In this document: piece by piece, positions 27,471 through 30,014 of the stretch | Position numbering within the stretch: position 1 is the first letter of the stretch | How the letters are laid out: the number at the start of each line of letters is the position of its first letter | Source: a virus | Taxonomy: Duplodnaviria > Caudoviricetes | Reading direction: 5' to 3' (one strand) | DNA: 30,014 bases | IMG/VR virus record: IMGVR_UViG_3300027744_000085 | Span: 1 to 30,014 of that record | The notes under the pieces: generated by a model | Told to the model about the DNA's origin: nothing | Databases searched by the model: none | What the model saw: the letters and a program-made list of their open reading frames with translations, nothing else | Translations under genes and position numbers: made by a program

Positions 27471-28195
27471 TCTAAGGTCTTTTTCATTCCTAAGATATTA
27501 AAGACTAACACTACAGGCATCTCTAAGATACTATTGAACTTGCTTAGGTCATCATTACATAGAGACATGATAGTAGATTCCCAAGCAAACTTTTGCTTTT
27601 GCTGTTCTCTCTTCTGCTCTTTAATCTCATCAGCATCTTCTAGCACCTCATCATCAGTCACTACATCTACTAGTAAATTAGTATAGGTATTGGTAAAGTT
27701 CTCTCTATACTTTAGATACTCAGGTATCAATCCATAAACATCAGTAATAGGATAGTCTAAGTACCAATCTAATCTATCTCTAGGACTATACTCATAAGGC
27801 TCTATGATATCATCACCATAAACATTCTTAGATGTTCTCCTGTACAGCAATGCTAAGATGTGGCAGAAGTGGTCTAGGTAGTTATTAGAGAAGTAATGCT
27901 CAAGGTCTATAAATTCTCCTAGACTAATCTTATTGAATGGCTTGAGTACATACTTATCTAGCTTATTTTTATACCTCTTAGATGGCTCTGACTGCAACCA
28001 TTTAATCTGCTCAGTCAATACTGATAACTCATCTATATCTAGCTCCTCAAATTTAGAGATATCGCTATCAGTTAAAGCAGAAAGTACATCAATCTGATAG
28101 TTAAACATTCCATCCTCACTGCTCAGACTCCTGATCTCCAGGAACTGACTCACTGATATCTGACTCCATTGCTTTGGTAGTTTGAGATTCTGCAT
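27467..28195 (-). CDS. Hypothetical protein, possible tail-assembly chaperone; paralog of 28116..28694
   Basis: LPKQWSQISVSQF, KISLGEFIDLE, ILALLYR, W...I..LC.DD. Confidence 0.6.
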   Translation of the reverse strand: MQNLKLPKQWSQISVSQFLEIRSLSSEDGMFNYQIDVLSALTDSDISKFEELDIDELSVLTEQIKWLQSEPSKRYKNKLDKYVLKPFNKISLGEFIDLEHYFSNNYLDHFCHILALLYRRTSKNVYGDDIIEPYEYSPRDRLDWYLDYPITDVYGLIPEYLKYRENFTNTYTNLLVDVVTDDEVLEDADEIKEQKREQQKQKFAWESTIMSLCNDDLSKFNSILEMPVVLVFNILGMKKTLD

Positions 28196-28694
28196 GGTTA
28201 GTAATTTTGTAGGTTACAAAGGTAAGGTAAGGGATAGATATATCTGCTTTGAGCTTGCTGAATAGTTTAGCTTTGTGCTTAAGATGTGCAGGATCATAAT
28301 GCTCAGTATTGGATAGGTCAGTTCGTTTAAACATAAGAGCCATGATATCTGATATATATTCTTTATTATCTTTCTTAACAATTTTTTCAACAATCCTACT
28401 ATCTTTCACTGAGAGCTTCATCTCAGCCTTATAAGTATAGCCATCTATCTCTATCTCTTCAATAGCATCTTTCTTATCATAGTTATTATTATTAAACTCC
28501 TTAACATTAGCTAAGAACAGGTCAAAATCTACATCCATCTCATCCTCTGTAATGCCTAAGTACTCAAAGACTTTACAATGTTTCTCAAGAGTATCATATT
28601 CATCACTGTTATGGATAGCAGATATCTTTTGGAACTGCTCTAGGGTAAGCTCATCCATCTTAGATGGGATTTCTTTGCCGAATAATTTTATCAT
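28116..28694 (-). CDS. Hypothetical protein, possible tail-assembly chaperone
   Basis: Start MIKLFGKEIP at 28694 preferred over 28751; IP....LTLEQF, IMALMFKR. Confidence 0.6.
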   Translation of the reverse strand: MIKLFGKEIPSKMDELTLEQFQKISAIHNSDEYDTLEKHCKVFEYLGITEDEMDVDFDLFLANVKEFNNNNYDKKDAIEEIEIDGYTYKAEMKLSVKDSRIVEKIVKKDNKEYISDIMALMFKRTDLSNTEHYDPAHLKHKAKLFSKLKADISIPYLTFVTYKITNHAESQTTKAMESDISESVPGDQESEQ

Positions 28695-28708
28695 AGTTTT
28701 AATTTTTG

Positions 28709-28737
28709 AACAAATATAAAAAAAATATAATATAGTT
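28709..28737 (+). promoter_or_regulatory. Putative phage late promoter, copy 4, overlapping a minus-strand TATATTTG (28718-28711)
   Basis: AACA-N15-TAATATAGTT followed directly by ATG 28738. Confidence 0.7.
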
Positions 28738-29694
28738 ATGACAAAAGACATACCAATCTATAAAATTACTATAGATCCTGAGTATTCAGATGGTGAAGAG
28801 TTAGGGATTGAGCAAATAGCTTTCACCTCAACTCCTGCCATTATTACCAAAGGTCTAGCATTTGATGAACACAAAAAATTGTTTTTCTCAGATGACCTAA
28901 AGTATAGAGTAGTAGCTCCTGCAATGATACCTATGGAGATATATAGGAATGATGAGGAGGATGATGAATATTATGTACAATTTACAGCTGAGACTATTGA
29001 GCAGATTCATTCTAAGTTTATGCAAGACCTTACTAATAGGAATGTCTTTAACCTAGAGCATGATACTGATAAGACAGTGCCAGCTTATGTACTTGAGGCA
29101 TGGATAGTAGAAGATCCTAAGAAAGATAAAGCCTACTCTAGTTATGGTATTGAAGTACCTAAAGGCACATTAATGGTAACAGCTCAGGTAACTGATAAAG
29201 AGTACTATAATGAGCTAGTGAAAAATGAGCAGATAGGATTCTCAATAGAGGGATTCTTAGGCTTAAAACTAAGTAATCAAATAAATAAAATAAATATGAA
29301 GTTACCTGATGGAGAGCATCTAATCGAGGGTAAGATCTACATCGTAGTTGATGGAGAAGTTACTGAGATAAAAGATGCACCTGTTGTTGAAGAAGAAGCA
29401 ATGACAGAAGAGATTGCACTAGAGACAGTAGTAGAAGAGGAAGTAATAGAGGAGACACCTGCCACAGAAGAGATGGCTATTGATCCTGCTGCTGATGCTG
29501 AAGCTATCCTGGCTATAGTACAACCTGTAATTGATGAGCAAATCAATGCTTTAATAGCAATGATAGCTGATTTAAGAAATCACATGGAGGAAGTAATGTC
29601 TGAAGGTGAGGAAGTAGTAGAAGTAGAAGCTACTAAATTATCACAGCATGATAAGTTCAGTATGGTGAGTAAATTTTTAAATAATAATAACTAA
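28738..29694 (+). CDS. Prohead serine protease (XkdF-like) fused to acidic scaffold
   Basis: PAMIP..IYR, FNLEH, VPKGT, GFSIEG; precedes capsid gene. Confidence 0.85.
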   Translation: MTKDIPIYKITIDPEYSDGEELGIEQIAFTSTPAIITKGLAFDEHKKLFFSDDLKYRVVAPAMIPMEIYRNDEEDDEYYVQFTAETIEQIHSKFMQDLTNRNVFNLEHDTDKTVPAYVLEAWIVEDPKKDKAYSSYGIEVPKGTLMVTAQVTDKEYYNELVKNEQIGFSIEGFLGLKLSNQINKINMKLPDGEHLIEGKIYIVVDGEVTEIKDAPVVEEEAMTEEIALETVVEEEVIEETPATEEMAIDPAADAEAILAIVQPVIDEQINALIAMIADLRNHMEEVMSEGEEVVEVEATKLSQHDKFSMVSKFLNNNN

Positions 29695-30014
29695 ATAAAA
29701 AACAAAAAAAATGAGTAGAAAATTAAAATTTGACTTGGACATTGATGCATCTGCATTATTACAAGCTAACAGTGAGGCATTTTATAGCCGAGCTTATTTA
29801 AATGAAGAAGTAGTAGACAACTACCGTACATTACCAGGAGTGAAGTATAAGACTAAAATTTCTAATGTGGTCTTTGGACAGGTATTGCAGGCAGAAAATT
29901 GCGGATTCAATGCATCAACTGATGACCTTGCATCTGTAGAGATTGATGTATGTTCTCTATCTGCAATGGCTCAAATTTGTCAGTTTGACTTAGAGCAGTC
30001 TTTCGTATCATTAC
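29335..30014. repeat. Imperfect terminal direct repeat, copy 2
   Basis: Matches 1-680. Confidence 0.95.
29711..30014 (+). CDS. Major capsid protein, 5' part (variant copy, truncated by window end)
   Basis: MSRKLKFDLDIDASALLQ..., homologous to 377-680. Confidence 0.85.
   Translation, partial: MSRKLKFDLDIDASALLQANSEAFYSRAYLNEEVVDNYRTLPGVKYKTKISNVVFGQVLQAENCGFNASTDDLASVEIDVCSLSAMAQICQFDLEQSFVSL

Noticed and set aside
28116-28260. Programmed frameshift joining the two minus-strand ORFs (lambda G/GT style)
   Set aside because: No XXXYYYZ slippery site in the overlap; the second ORF has its own ATG and a paralogous N-terminus
3-29546. Short minus-strand ORFs in the track (e.g. 3..212, 1317..1538, 3972..4554, 5210..5464, 6220..6510, 8575..8853, 15198..15440, 19230..19511, 24395..24616, 29337..29546)
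   Set aside because: Antisense shadows of well-supported plus-strand genes with no recognisable motifs
1-30014. Prophage/lysogeny module, tRNAs or alternative genetic code
   Set aside because: No integrase, host flanks or cloverleaf seen; genes tile densely under the standard code and TAA, TAG and TGA all serve as stops

Overview
The window is an essentially complete genome of a small AT-rich tailed phage, probably a long-tailed siphovirus of a Bacteroidota/Flavobacteriia host. The host inference rests on TAnnTTTG promoters, a DUF3127 SSB, a BT4734/VirE_N-type primase and A-rich start regions without Shine-Dalgarno sites. Unit length is 29,334 bp: positions 1-680 recur at 29335-30014 but differ at about 45 sites. 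Gene order: capsid, tail tube, portal, lysis, exonuclease, early genes, origin-like region, primase-helicase, recombination genes, sigma-like factor, terminase, tail genes, an inverted paralog pair, prohead protease. I saw no integrase, DNA polymerase, tRNA or CRISPR array. The most notable unannotated features are: (1) a repeated motif AACA-N15/16-TAATATAGTT-ATG directly abutting structural-gene start codons, with a phage ECF-like sigma factor, suggesting a leaderless late regulon; (2) a leader peptide plus alternative RNA helices coupled to the primase-helicase start, next to a large dyad-symmetric origin-like region; (3) a candidate sRNA and a palindrome cluster before the early promoter; (4) extreme CpG avoidance. 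All product calls come from motif recognition by eye, not database searches.
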